A stretch of DNA of 64,000 bases from Alistipes shahii (GCA_963598795.1 CAVBUY010000003.1:31198-95197); one strand, 5' to 3'; shown: positions 45,578 through 55,171, numbered from the stretch's first letter. Translations and numbers: made by a program. Notes: a model not told the origin generated them from the sequence alone.

Positions 45578-46602
45578 TGAAAGTCCTTCTTTATTTCGAA
45601 ATGCATGAGGCCTTAAAGACCAGCGGGATAGGAAGGGCGAGGAAACATCAAACCGCCGCCCTTATATCAAACGGGATAGAAGTAACCTACAATCCGAGGG
45701 ATTCTTATGATTTGGCCCACATAAACACTTATGGGACCAATTCCTTTCTCCTTTTGAAGCGTTGTCTTAGAAAAGGGGTGCCGGTGATAGTCCATGGGCA
45801 TTCCACCATCGAGGATTTCAAGGAGAGCTTTTTGGCCTATAAGGCCTTTGAGCCGATTTTTGCTTGCCAAATAAAGAAGATGTATGGGAACGCCCCGATG
45901 ATCATAACCCCCACTCCGCATAGCAAAAGGAATATCGAGAATTACCATCTTTGCTCGAATATAAAAGCCATTTCCAACGGGATAATCCTCGAAGAATACG
46001 CCTATGACCAAAAGAAAGTCGACGATTTCAAAAAGGAATTCGGCATAAAAGACGATGAAAAATTCGTGATGGGCGTTGGATTTCCGTTTGTTCGCAAGGG
46101 ATATGTCGACTTCATGGAAGTGGCTAGGAAATTCCCCGATATCAAATTTATATGGTTTGGGGACCTTCAAAGGATCGCCATGTCTTTGGATATAAAGAAA
46201 GCCATACGAAATAAGCCAAATAACGTCATTCTCCCGGGATATGTGGATGGAAAACTAATCCAAGGCGCGTATTTGTCCGCTTCCTGCATGTTTTTCCCAA
46301 GCTATGAAGAAAACGAAGGCATCGTCGTTTTGGAGGCGTTGGCCTCCAAATGCCCTTTGCTGGTAAGAGAGATAGACACTTTCAATCCCTGGCTCAAAAA
46401 GGACATCGATTGCCGTATGGGCAAAAATAACAAAGATTTCGTAGAGATATTGGATAAATTGCTAAAAGAAGGCGAGGATCCTAAGATTTTGGAAAACGGA
46501 TACCAAGTGGCTAAAGAGCGCTCGATAGAAAAGATTGGCAACCAGCTAAAAGGCACTTATTTGGAAGCGATAGAAGAACAAACCACAAAAACCAAACGTT
46601 AA
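45577..46602 (+). CDS. GT4-family glycosyltransferase (glycolipid-synthase-like)
   Basis: GT-B C-terminal EENEGIVVLEALASKCPLLVR (E-x7-E) motif. Confidence 0.72.
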   Translation: MKVLLYFEMHEALKTSGIGRARKHQTAALISNGIEVTYNPRDSYDLAHINTYGTNSFLLLKRCLRKGVPVIVHGHSTIEDFKESFLAYKAFEPIFACQIKKMYGNAPMIITPTPHSKRNIENYHLCSNIKAISNGIILEEYAYDQKKVDDFKKEFGIKDDEKFVMGVGFPFVRKGYVDFMEVARKFPDIKFIWFGDLQRIAMSLDIKKAIRNKPNNVILPGYVDGKLIQGAYLSASCMFFPSYEENEGIVVLEALASKCPLLVREIDTFNPWLKKDIDCRMGKNNKDFVEILDKLLKEGEDPKILENGYQVAKERSIEKIGNQLKGTYLEAIEEQTTKTKR

Positions 46603-46701
46603 TCAGTCTTGCAATCAGACACGTATTTTTCTGTGTCAGTCATTGGATTGTTAACGTTTTTTTGTTTATTAATCCGTGTGTTTTTCTTAAGACTAAATTT
46701 C

Positions 46702-46759
46702 CAAAAACATGAAAAACATGTATTTGAAAGCCTTCAAAAACATGAAAAACCTGTATTTG
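46702..46759 (+). repeat. two tandem 33-bp-period direct repeats upstream of the ATPase gene
   Basis: caaaaacatgaaaaacAtgtatttg (46702-46726) and caaaaacatgaaaaacCtgtatttg (46735-46759), 24/25 identical. Confidence 0.9.
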
Positions 46760-46799
46760 GAATATTTGAAGATAATATAAGGCTATAGGAGAAATTGAA

Positions 46800-48181
46800 A
46801 TGAAGCGCATTTATTTAGACGAAATACTTTCTTGGTATCGAAAAAAAGAAGGAAGGAAACCTTTGGTCATTTGGGGCGCCCGCCAAATCGGGAAAACTTA
46901 CCTCGTCAAAGAAATGTTTGCAAAGAAATATCTCAAGGATTACGTCTATATCGATTTGAAAAAAGACGACAAGGCCGCCTCTTATTTCTCTTCAACGGTA
47001 GACGATGAAAATATCTTTCTTTCATAGAAAGCTGCTATGGAAAAATAATTTCCAATGAGTGTCCACTTATTATAGACGAAGCCCAAACCGTACCCAATGT
47101 CATGACTTCCTTGAAATATTTCAATCAAGATCATCCGGAATTGCCGATTATCGTAACTGGCTCAATGGTTAGGCTCGCCTTATTGCGCTCTGACAAAAAA
47201 GACAGCGATTCAATTTTGTTTCCAGTTGGAAAAATAAATTCGCTATCGATGTTTCCGATGGGGTTTGAAGAATATCTCCTCAACGCAAACGAGAGGATGC
47301 TTTCGAGAATAAAGAAAGCCTATTCTCAAAGAACGCCATTGGAAAAATATGAACACGAGCTTTGCTTGGATTTATTGCATGAATTTCTCTGTGTTGGCGG
47401 ATTGCCGGAAGTTGTAAATGCTTTTTTGAAAAACCGTTCATATGCCGAAGCGAAAGAAATTTTGAACGAACTATACGAAAACTATATTGACGACATGAGC
47501 CTTTATAACATTTCCGACGAAACGATTTTGAAAACTAGAAATATATATAAAAACATATTCGCGCAGCTGACGAAGGAAAACAAGAATTTCAAGATTGCGT
47601 CGATTGAAAGAGGAAAATCCAATCGAGATTATTTTGGGGCGTATGAATGGTTGGATTTATCCCATGTCATTTATCGTAGCAAGCACAAAGATGGAAGGGT
47701 GACTTCGCCTTTGCTGGAAGAAGAGGGAGGATTGTTCAGGCTTTATCTTGCCGATTGTGGATTGTTTGCTACCGAAAGCAATATCCCTCAATCCGATTTC
47801 TTGCTCAAAAATGGACAAAACGAACTTTCCGATGTTTTCTATGAATCTTATGTCGCTGACGAACTGTATTCAAAGGGAATCCCTCTTTATTATTGGACCG
47901 GAAAACAACAGCACGAATTCGAATTTATCGTGGATATTAGAGGAAACATTTGCCCGATTGACGTTAAAAAGAAGAAGGGAACCCTTAATTCACTAAAAGA
48001 TTTTAGAGAACATAATAAAAGAACCACGACGATAAAAATTTCTTCTAATCAATTTGGATATGATAAAGAAAACGATATTTTAACCGTTCCGGTTTATATG
48101 ACTTTTCTATTGGCCAATGACATCAAAGAAGGAAAACTTCCGATTGAAAGAGAATCAAAAATCGACAATTCGTCTAATTGA
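46800..48181 (+). pseudogene. AAA_14/DUF4143-type ATPase, interrupted by a frameshift at about 47007-47011
   Basis: The N-terminal ORF (Walker A GARQIGKT) stops at 47027. The continuation ...KYLSFIESCYGKIISNECPLIIDEAQ... is open in the -1 frame from 47009. The A4 run at 47008-47011 is the junction. Paralog of 49949..51277. Confidence 0.7.
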
Positions 48182-48330
48182 ATAACCATTGTCTGGCTAA
48201 CCGCTTTGAAACAGTCTATTTTTTTATGTTGGTTTTTGCTATAAACCGAATCGTCAGACCTTATCAAACAAGTTCGTTTTTGTGATTTTCATTAAGGCTA
48301 AAGCAATTGAGCGGAGTCAAAAAACATCGA

Positions 48331-48377
48331 ATTTTTGCAAATTTGCCGTTTTTAAAAACTTCCATTTTTGCAAATTT
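48331..48377. repeat. two copies of ATTTTTGCAAATTT spaced 33 bp apart
   Basis: Copies at 48331-48344 and 48364-48377, each containing the palindromic core TTTGCAAA. Confidence 0.8.
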
Positions 48378-48523
48378 CGTTTATTTTCCATTTTGATGCT
48401 TTGGCTTTTTGATGTATTGTCCAATGAAAAAGACACGATAAATTGCCACATATTGGTTTCAATAGAGAAACAATAGAAAATATTGCTTGCCTCGTTTGGG
48501 CTAGCGCAGACATTTTGCGTAAA

Positions 48524-49495
48524 TTAAACTAACGATTCATCGTTTTGTCTCTTAAGCGTTCTTTCAACGACCTCATGGGAATCCAACTCTTTCAATTCCC
48601 AGCGTTTTTTATGCAACATATTTAACTGCCTAAGGTTATGAAATAACCGCCCATCCCCGTTTTTCCTATCGCACAACGAATCATAGATAATGAAAGAAAT
48701 ATGCCGATGGTAGGCTTTCTTCCAATATTTAAGGTATGCTGGGTGATATTTCTCCAAATAAGCCCTTTCCGAGGCATATACGCACAAATGATAGAAGGCC
48801 CTGTTATTTCTTTTGATCTTTGTATCCGCCTTGGGATTATCTATCACATAACAATAATAAGGATAAGAAGAACGATAAAAACTTGAGGCATTCAAAAATA
48901 ACGAGGTCATCAAAACGCAGTCTTCGAACATATCTTCTTTTTTGGAAAATATCATCAAAGGGGAAGAGAACAATTCTCTCTTGAAAGCTTTGTTCCAGAG
49001 AAAATGAGGCATCGAAAAGTCTTTGTTCAATTTGTCAAAAGCCTCTTCTTTTCCTAAGACCTTGGCTTTGAAATTCTGGGCGAAAGCTAACCTTTCTTTC
49101 CCAGATTCGGAATAAAAATAAGGGAATATCGTGATGTCCGCTTCATGTTTGTTTATTTCCCTTATTATGTTTTCTATGGCTCTATCGGACGAATAATAAT
49201 CGTCGTTATCGACGAAGGTGATGTATTTTCCCCTGGAGAATTTGACCCCTTCCAACCTGCATATGGCTTTGGCTAAGTTCTCTTCTTTCATAATAATTGA
49301 AACGAAATGGCTATCCTTTTCTATCATTTCCTCACATAGTTTTTTGCATCCTTCCTCCGCGTCCAAATTGATGGAAAGGACTATCTCATATTCCTCATCG
49401 CATTTTTGATTTAGCAAAGAAGACAAGCACTTTTTGAAATATTCTTCCCCCGAATAAACCGGAACTATGATGCTTAAAAAGGGAATAGCGGCCAT
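48524..49495 (-). CDS. GT2-family glycosyltransferase
   Basis: LSIIVPVYSGEEYFKKCLSSLLNQ and DNDDYY (DxD). Confidence 0.8.
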   Translation of the reverse strand: MAAIPFLSIIVPVYSGEEYFKKCLSSLLNQKCDEEYEIVLSINLDAEEGCKKLCEEMIEKDSHFVSIIMKEENLAKAICRLEGVKFSRGKYITFVDNDDYYSSDRAIENIIREINKHEADITIFPYFYSESGKERLAFAQNFKAKVLGKEEAFDKLNKDFSMPHFLWNKAFKRELFSSPLMIFSKKEDMFEDCVLMTSLFLNASSFYRSSYPYYCYVIDNPKADTKIKRNNRAFYHLCVYASERAYLEKYHPAYLKYWKKAYHRHISFIIYDSLCDRKNGDGRLFHNLRQLNMLHKKRWELKELDSHEVVERTLKRQNDESLV

Positions 49496-49581
49496 GGTTT
49501 AAAGATTATATCTTAATTTTCTTTGTGTTGGCGTCTTATTTGTGTAAAATACCAATGTTTACGAAAGCGAGGTGAACAAGA

Positions 49582-49758
49582 ATGATCGTAAAGACTGTCG
49601 TCCACGAAGGCGAATCTCTCGATGATGCGTTGCGCAGATTCAAACGCAGCGTTAACAAATCCGGCATTCTCATGGAAGCCCGCAAACGCGAATTCTATCT
49701 AAAGACCGGCTTGAAACGCAAGCGCAAGAGCGAAATGGCCCGTCGCAAGAAATGGTAA
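49582..49758 (+). CDS. rpsU: 30S ribosomal protein S21 (58 aa; below the ORF-track length cut-off)
   Basis: My translation is [67 protein letters not shown]. Confidence 0.9.
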   Translation: MIVKTVVHEGESLDDALRRFKRSVNKSGILMEARKREFYLKTGLKRKRKSEMARRKKW

Positions 49759-49760
49759 TA

Positions 49761-49786
49761 AATCCCGTTCCCACGGGATTTTTTAT
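49761..49786 (+). terminator. rho-independent terminator of rpsU
   Basis: aatcccg-ttccca-cgggatt followed by ttttatt. Confidence 0.7.
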
Positions 49787-49832
49787 TACGATTTTTGCAA
49801 TGATAAACGCTTCTTGTTTTCTATCTTTCCAT

Positions 49833-49916
49833 AAAAACTCCCTTGAAAAATAGTCAAATTCAGCAAAAAGTCCCTTGAAAAATAGTCGAATTAAGCAAAA
49901 ACTCCCTTGAAAAAGT
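49833..49916 (+). repeat. three tandem 32-bp-period direct repeats upstream of the second ATPase gene
   Basis: aaaaaCtcccttgaaaaatagtcAaattCagc, aaaaaGtcccttgaaaaatagtcGaattAagc, and aaaaactcccttgaaaaa (truncated). TATAAT lies at 49927-49932. Confidence 0.9.
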
Positions 49917-49948
49917 GATTTTGGTGTATAATAAACGCAAGAATTCTG

Positions 49949-51277
49949 GTGTCGAACATGCTAAAGAGAAAAATCGAAAAGACTTTGGAAAATTGGAAAA
50001 ACACTCCAAATCATAGCCCTTTGATAATCAAAGGCTGCCGTCAATGCGGCAAGACATTTTCGGTTCGCGATTTTGCGAAAAAGAATTACAAGCATGAGGT
50101 TTATATAAATTTTTTGAAGAATCCATCATATGTTTCTATTTTCGATGGATCATTGGAAATCGATAACCTGACGATGATGATGTCCGCTTTGCTTGGATCT
50201 AATGCGATTTTTGAGCCGGGGGAAACGATTATTGTTCTCGATGAGATTCAGGATTGCCCAGAAGCTCGGACTGCGTTGAAGTTTTTTAAGGAAGACGGAC
50301 GATTTGATGTCATAGGAACAGGCTCATTGCTTGGCGTCAAAGGGTATGGAAAACAGCCAAAATCCGTGCCGGTGGGGTCTGAAACGATAATCGAAATGCA
50401 TCCTCTCGATTTCGAGGAATTCTTGTGGGCGAACGATATTTCGCCGCAGATAATCGAAAAATTGAAGGAGTGTTTGGATAACGAAAAGCCCGTTCCACAA
50501 GCGCTTCATGAAAAAATGAGAGAGTTGATGCTCCAATACACAGTTATCGGTGGAATGCCTGAAGTGGTCGATACTTTTGTAAAAACGAAGCAAATAAACG
50601 CAGCATTGTCTTTGCAACGAGATATAGTTCTTTCTTATGAGGATGATATGGTCAAATATGCCGCTGACAGCGACAAGCCATTGATAAAAGAATGCTTTAA
50701 ATCCATTCCCAAGCAGCTAAGCAAGGAGAATAAAAAATTCCAATATTCCGTGGTTAAAAAAGGCGGCAAGGCATCAAGTTTCCGAGGAAGTTTGGAATGG
50801 ATAGAAGACGCCGGCATCATCGTCCGTTGCCACAACTTGAATTTGCCGGAGCTTCCGTTGGATGGCAATGCCATCCCCGATGTTTTCAAAGTGTACATGC
50901 AAGACTCTGGCTTATTTGTCAGCATGCTGGAAGACGGCACGCAATTTGATATCCTTCAAGGCAATTTGTATGGATACAAAGGCGCGATTTTCGAAAATCT
51001 CGTGGCGGACATTTTCACAAAAATGGGCCGAAAACTGTATTATTTCCGCAAAGATTCGGGCCTTGAAGTCGATTTTGTCATTAGATATAAAGGCGAAGCG
51101 ACATTGATTGAAGTCAAAGCGACTACCGGGAATGCCAAAAGCACGTCCACGATTCTTTCCCATCCTGAAAAATATCATGTCAAAAACGCGATTAAGCTAG
51201 GCGATTATAACATCGGAAGAAAAGACAAAATATTGACCATTCCCACATATATGTGCTTTTTGCTCAAAGAATTTTAA
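49949..51277 (+). CDS. AAA_14/DUF4143-type ATPase (intact; start GTG 49949 or ATG 49958)
   Basis: Walker A GCRQCGKT, Walker B VLDEIQ, and a C-terminal DFVIRYKGEATLIEVK nuclease-like/DUF4143 pattern. Confidence 0.75.
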   Translation: MSNMLKRKIEKTLENWKNTPNHSPLIIKGCRQCGKTFSVRDFAKKNYKHEVYINFLKNPSYVSIFDGSLEIDNLTMMMSALLGSNAIFEPGETIIVLDEIQDCPEARTALKFFKEDGRFDVIGTGSLLGVKGYGKQPKSVPVGSETIIEMHPLDFEEFLWANDISPQIIEKLKECLDNEKPVPQALHEKMRELMLQYTVIGGMPEVVDTFVKTKQINAALSLQRDIVLSYEDDMVKYAADSDKPLIKECFKSIPKQLSKENKKFQYSVVKKGGKASSFRGSLEWIEDAGIIVRCHNLNLPELPLDGNAIPDVFKVYMQDSGLFVSMLEDGTQFDILQGNLYGYKGAIFENLVADIFTKMGRKLYYFRKDSGLEVDFVIRYKGEATLIEVKATTGNAKSTSTILSHPEKYHVKNAIKLGDYNIGRKDKILTIPTYMCFLLKEF

Positions 51278-51398
51278 TAGCGAAATCGGCAACCGTCGTG
51301 ACGGATTTTGCTTGGAGTTTCATGTTATCTGACTATCGGAAGATGAATTTTTAGGTAAAAACGGCGTATTTCCTTTTAAAAGATGATAGGAGGGAAAT

Positions 51399-52592
51399 AT
51401 GTCGAAAATCTCCTATCAATTCGATGAACATAGCTGCGCGTTGTCTTCGCTAAGGACTTTATGCTATCTAAAAACCAAAAAGAGAGGCTGGAAGAATCTC
51501 TCATTTCCTTCCTCCCCTCCATATTCTCTAAAGAATTTGGAGGAAGGGATGTCGGCCAACGGTTTCGATTTGAGGTTTTATAAGTCCGAAAAGGAAGAAT
51601 TTTCCTATCCTTTCGATAAAGACGGGCCTTTTTTGGCCTTATTGGACGAAAAGGAAGGAATCCATATGGTCGTTGTTACCGGCATAGAAAAAGACGAAGT
51701 TACTTATTTAGATCCGATTTCTGGAGAAAACAAAGTCAAAAAAGAGAAATTTCTCTCCTTATGGAACGGCTGCTGGGGGACATTGGAGCAATATTTGGTT
51801 ATCAAGCCACCCAAAAAGCAAAGAATAATCCCCTTATGGCAAAACATATTGACCGACTCTTTGCTCTTTCTTTCCGAAATAGCCTTGGGTTTTGCCTTCG
51901 CTTTTTTGGATAGGGCCCCTTTGTATCTAACTCTTATTTGCTTCGTCCTATACATCTTGCTTGAAGAGGGAAGGAGGCTTCTCATCCTTTTCTTGATGAA
52001 GCTATTCGATAAGAAATATCTGAATTCCTTATATAGTTCCGATTCCAAAAGGCTTAAAGCGAATTATGAAAGATACAACGCCTTGAAGAAGAATCTTTTC
52101 GCCGACACGGCTTCTTTGATGTCTCAGATTGGGTCTTCGATTTTGATAGCGGCAATAGTGGGAATAAACAATCCTCCGTTCTTTCTTTCCCTTGGGGGTG
52201 TTTTGGCGTTATTATGCGGAGAAAAACTGATATTCCATCGATATTTTTCCGTTAAATCAGATAGGCTTTTAAAGGAAGAGAAAGCCTTGTTCGAAAGCAA
52301 CGATGAACCGGAAAAGAGGCAGCTTCTTTTCTCCCTTTCCTCGGACGCGGACAAATATGGGAAGATGATGTTATTAGAAAAAGCGATAATCACAATCTTC
52401 ATCATGATTTTCTCCCTTTTGCCCAGTTTGATGGCTAACGACTCATCTTTGAATTTTTATCTCTTCCATCTCTTCGCTTTGTTGCTCATCGAACGCGGTG
52501 GATCCGAGGCCTTCTCCTATATCTTCAGTCATAAAGAGAGGGAGGTTAACGCCCTTTATTTCAAAGAATATATCGCCAAGTCTCGCCCTTAA
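51399..52592 (+). CDS. C39-like cysteine peptidase domain fused to a membrane domain, without an ABC ATPase domain
   Basis: DEHSCALSSLRTLCYL (Cys), GIHMVVVTG...YLDPISG (His) and LWNGCWG blocks, then about 5-6 hydrophobic helices. The next gene is ybeY, so no NBD is present. Confidence 0.55.
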   Translation: MSKISYQFDEHSCALSSLRTLCYLKTKKRGWKNLSFPSSPPYSLKNLEEGMSANGFDLRFYKSEKEEFSYPFDKDGPFLALLDEKEGIHMVVVTGIEKDEVTYLDPISGENKVKKEKFLSLWNGCWGTLEQYLVIKPPKKQRIIPLWQNILTDSLLFLSEIALGFAFAFLDRAPLYLTLICFVLYILLEEGRRLLILFLMKLFDKKYLNSLYSSDSKRLKANYERYNALKKNLFADTASLMSQIGSSILIAAIVGINNPPFFLSLGGVLALLCGEKLIFHRYFSVKSDRLLKEEKALFESNDEPEKRQLLFSLSSDADKYGKMMLLEKAIITIFIMIFSLLPSLMANDSSLNFYLFHLFALLLIERGGSEAFSYIFSHKEREVNALYFKEYIAKSRP

Positions 52593-52627
52593 TGGCTTTA
52601 AGCCTAACTTTATGATAAAGTTAAGTC

Positions 52628-53104
52628 ATGGAACTTGTTTTTTCTAACGCCTTGGATCCGAAGTTCGATCGGATGGAAAGCCGCTACCTTGAAATCATGG
52701 AGGCGACCTTCAAACATTTGAATGTCAAAGAGAACTACGAAGTAGACGTAAGCTTCGTCGACGACGAAACCATTCATCAGATAAACAAGGAATATCGCGG
52801 AGTCGACAGGGTGACGGACGTCATCTCCTTCGCCTTCAACGACGATAAGGATCCAGCACATCAGATTTTGGGCGACGATATCGAGAAAATGCTGGGCGAG
52901 ATATTGATATCCGTCCCTCAAGCTATAAGGCAAGCCAAGGAAATCGGCAACAGCCTTTATAGGGAATTAAGTTTCCTTTTCACCCATGGATTGTTGCATC
53001 TCTTGGGCTATGACCATATGAAAAAAGAAGATGAGATCGTCATGTTCTCTCTGCAAGATAAGATTTTGGAGGAAGTTAGCAATGAACAAATCAATTTTGA
53101 TTGA
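52628..53104 (+). CDS. ybeY: rRNA maturation endoribonuclease YbeY
   Basis: HGLLHLLGYDH zinc motif. Confidence 0.9.
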   Translation: MELVFSNALDPKFDRMESRYLEIMEATFKHLNVKENYEVDVSFVDDETIHQINKEYRGVDRVTDVISFAFNDDKDPAHQILGDDIEKMLGEILISVPQAIRQAKEIGNSLYRELSFLFTHGLLHLLGYDHMKKEDEIVMFSLQDKILEEVSNEQINFD

Positions 53105-53483
53105 AGAAGCCAAAGAAGGCAGGAAATTGTCATATTCGCCTTATAGCCATTTTGCGGTTGGGGCGGCGGTTTTATCCAAAGACGGAAGGATTTTCAAAGG
53201 CGGGAACGTCGAAAATTCGTCTTATCCCCTTTCTTTGTGCGCCGAAAGAAACGCCATAGCGAACGCGATGATGAACGGCGTTAAGCCCGGAGAGATGATA
53301 GCCATGGCCATCATCGCCGATACTAACGATGTCTGCGCCCCTTGCGGAGCTTGCCGACAAGTCATCAGCGAATTGCTTGATGAAAACGCCGTCATTTACC
53401 TTTGCAATCTCAAAGGAGACGTCAAAGAGACCAATATCAAAGAATTGCTGCCTTTTGCTTTCGGAAAGAAGGATTTGGACTGA
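53082..53483 (+). CDS. cdd: cytidine deaminase
   Basis: SYSPYSHFAVGAA, CAERNAI and CAPCGACRQ. Start at the internal Met (MNKSILIEEAK). Confidence 0.9.
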   Translation: MNKSILIEEAKEGRKLSYSPYSHFAVGAAVLSKDGRIFKGGNVENSSYPLSLCAERNAIANAMMNGVKPGEMIAMAIIADTNDVCAPCGACRQVISELLDENAVIYLCNLKGDVKETNIKELLPFAFGKKDLD

Positions 53484-54367
53484 TGAAAAGCGGATTCGTC
53501 GCCATTTTGGGCAGGCCAAACGTCGGAAAATCGACATTTTTGAACGCCATATTGTCCCATAAAGTCTCAATCGTTTCTCCGAAACCGCAGACAACCAGAG
53601 ACAACATAATCGGGGTTTTGACCGAGAAAGACTATCAAATGGTCTTTATCGACACCCCGGGATTATTCGAAGGGGAAGGGGCGTTGGATAAATTCATGAA
53701 TAAGGAAGCCCGTTCCTCCTTATCGGACGCGGATATCTGCCTTTTTATGATTTCCGCTGACAATTTCGATGAAGATGACCCCGATTTTAAAACATTGAAG
53801 CTATTGAAGCTCAATTGCCCGTTCATCATTTTAATCAACAAGATCGATTTGGCTACCGCGCCTAAAATGGAATCGCTCCTAGCTAAATTGAAAGAAGAAT
53901 TCCCCAATAACGAGATAATCCAAATGTCCGCCTTGACCAATTTCGGTTTAAAGGACGTAAAAGACGCTATCGTCAAATATCTTCCAGAAGGTCCTTTGTA
54001 TTACGAAGAAGGGACTTTGACCGATAAGAGCAACTCTTTCTTCATCAAAGAGACAATCAGATACGAAATGCTTCATTTCCTTTCCGACGAGGTGCCTCAC
54101 CAAGCGGCCGTCACCATCTCTAATTTGGAAGAAAAAAGCAAAGAACTATATTGCGAGGCCACCATTTGGGTGGAAAAAAAGAGCCAAATAGGGATAGTAG
54201 TCGGAAAAGGCGGAGAGATGATAAAAAAGATTTCGATGACCGCCAGAAGAGAATTGGAAAAGCGCTTGAAGAAGCATGTCGATCTTCGCATAGAAGTCAG
54301 ACAAGCCGCCGATTGGAGGCAAAAAGCCGACAGGCTGAAGGCTTTCGGCTATAGCAAAGAAAAATAA
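53483..54367 (+). CDS. era: GTPase Era
   Basis: GRPNVGKSTFLN, DTPG, NKIDL, and a KH domain (VGKGGEMIKKI). TGATG overlap with cdd. Confidence 0.93.
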   Translation: MKSGFVAILGRPNVGKSTFLNAILSHKVSIVSPKPQTTRDNIIGVLTEKDYQMVFIDTPGLFEGEGALDKFMNKEARSSLSDADICLFMISADNFDEDDPDFKTLKLLKLNCPFIILINKIDLATAPKMESLLAKLKEEFPNNEIIQMSALTNFGLKDVKDAIVKYLPEGPLYYEEGTLTDKSNSFFIKETIRYEMLHFLSDEVPHQAAVTISNLEEKSKELYCEATIWVEKKSQIGIVVGKGGEMIKKISMTARRELEKRLKKHVDLRIEVRQAADWRQKADRLKAFGYSKEK

Positions 54368-55099
54368 ATGAGAGAAGAACTCATTCAAAAGGAAGGCTAC
54401 GTCGTGCGCGCCGCGCCTTATAAAGAAACAGATCTCATCGTCACGGCTTTGGGGAAAGACGGATTGTTTTCCTTTTTAGCCAGAGGAGGCAATAAGATAA
54501 ACGGAAAAAACGCGGCCGCTTGCCGAGTTTTGACTTATTCGAGATTTTCGTTGCTTCTTTCTAGCGACAAAGAAAGGCTCACTTTGAAAGAGAGCGAGCC
54601 GATCCTCACTTTGAAAGAGAAAGACGATTTAGCCTATATGAGCTGCGTTTTCTTCCTCTCGGAAATCAATTCGAGATTGTTGGGGGAAGAAGACGCTTTA
54701 GAAGTATTTCCCTATTTCGACAAAGCGATGAAAAACATCGATAACGGCTATCCCATATATTCGGCTTGCTTATTATATTTCGCCAAGCTGATAGTTATTT
54801 TGGGTTATGGCTTAGAAGTCAATAAGTGCGTAATATCCGAGAAAAAGAACGACATCGTCGGAATAAATTATTTAGAAGGTGGATTTGTTTCTAAAGGATA
54901 CGAAGACTCCAACACGACCTTATTAAATTCCAGGATGTTGAAAATTTTGAGATATTCTTTCATTTATCCATTAAATGATTTCGGACGCGTTTCGTTTAAT
55001 AAAGAAGAATCGATATCCCTCATCCTCCAGCTAAGCTCTTATTTAGAAAACATGACGGGCGTAAAATTGAAATCAACATTAATGTTGGAACGTTGCTGA
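54368..55099 (+). CDS. recO: DNA repair protein RecO
   Basis: 243 aa, OB-fold N-terminus (EGYVVRAAPYKETD), and position after era. Confidence 0.82.
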   Translation: MREELIQKEGYVVRAAPYKETDLIVTALGKDGLFSFLARGGNKINGKNAAACRVLTYSRFSLLLSSDKERLTLKESEPILTLKEKDDLAYMSCVFFLSEINSRLLGEEDALEVFPYFDKAMKNIDNGYPIYSACLLYFAKLIVILGYGLEVNKCVISEKKNDIVGINYLEGGFVSKGYEDSNTTLLNSRMLKILRYSFIYPLNDFGRVSFNKEESISLILQLSSYLENMTGVKLKSTLMLERC

Positions 55100-55115
55100 C
55101 TTCACTTATATAGGT

Positions 55116-55145
55116 TTGACAACGAATAAATCTAAACGATAAAAT
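55116..55145 (+). promoter_or_regulatory. candidate glyQS promoter
   Basis: TTGACA, 18-nt spacer, TAAAAT. Confidence 0.5.
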
Positions 55146-55149
55146 ATTG

Positions 55150-55171
55150 AAGTCCAAATAAGGACTTTTTT
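55150..55171 (+). terminator. recO terminator hairpin overlapping the predicted glyQS transcription start
   Basis: aagtcc-aaataa-ggactt followed by tttttt. Confidence 0.5.

Noticed and set aside
49833-49916. Possible CRISPR array
   Set aside because: There are only about 2.5 units, the repeats are directly abutting 32-bp units with no unique spacers, and no cas genes are present. It is better explained as a regulatory tandem repeat.
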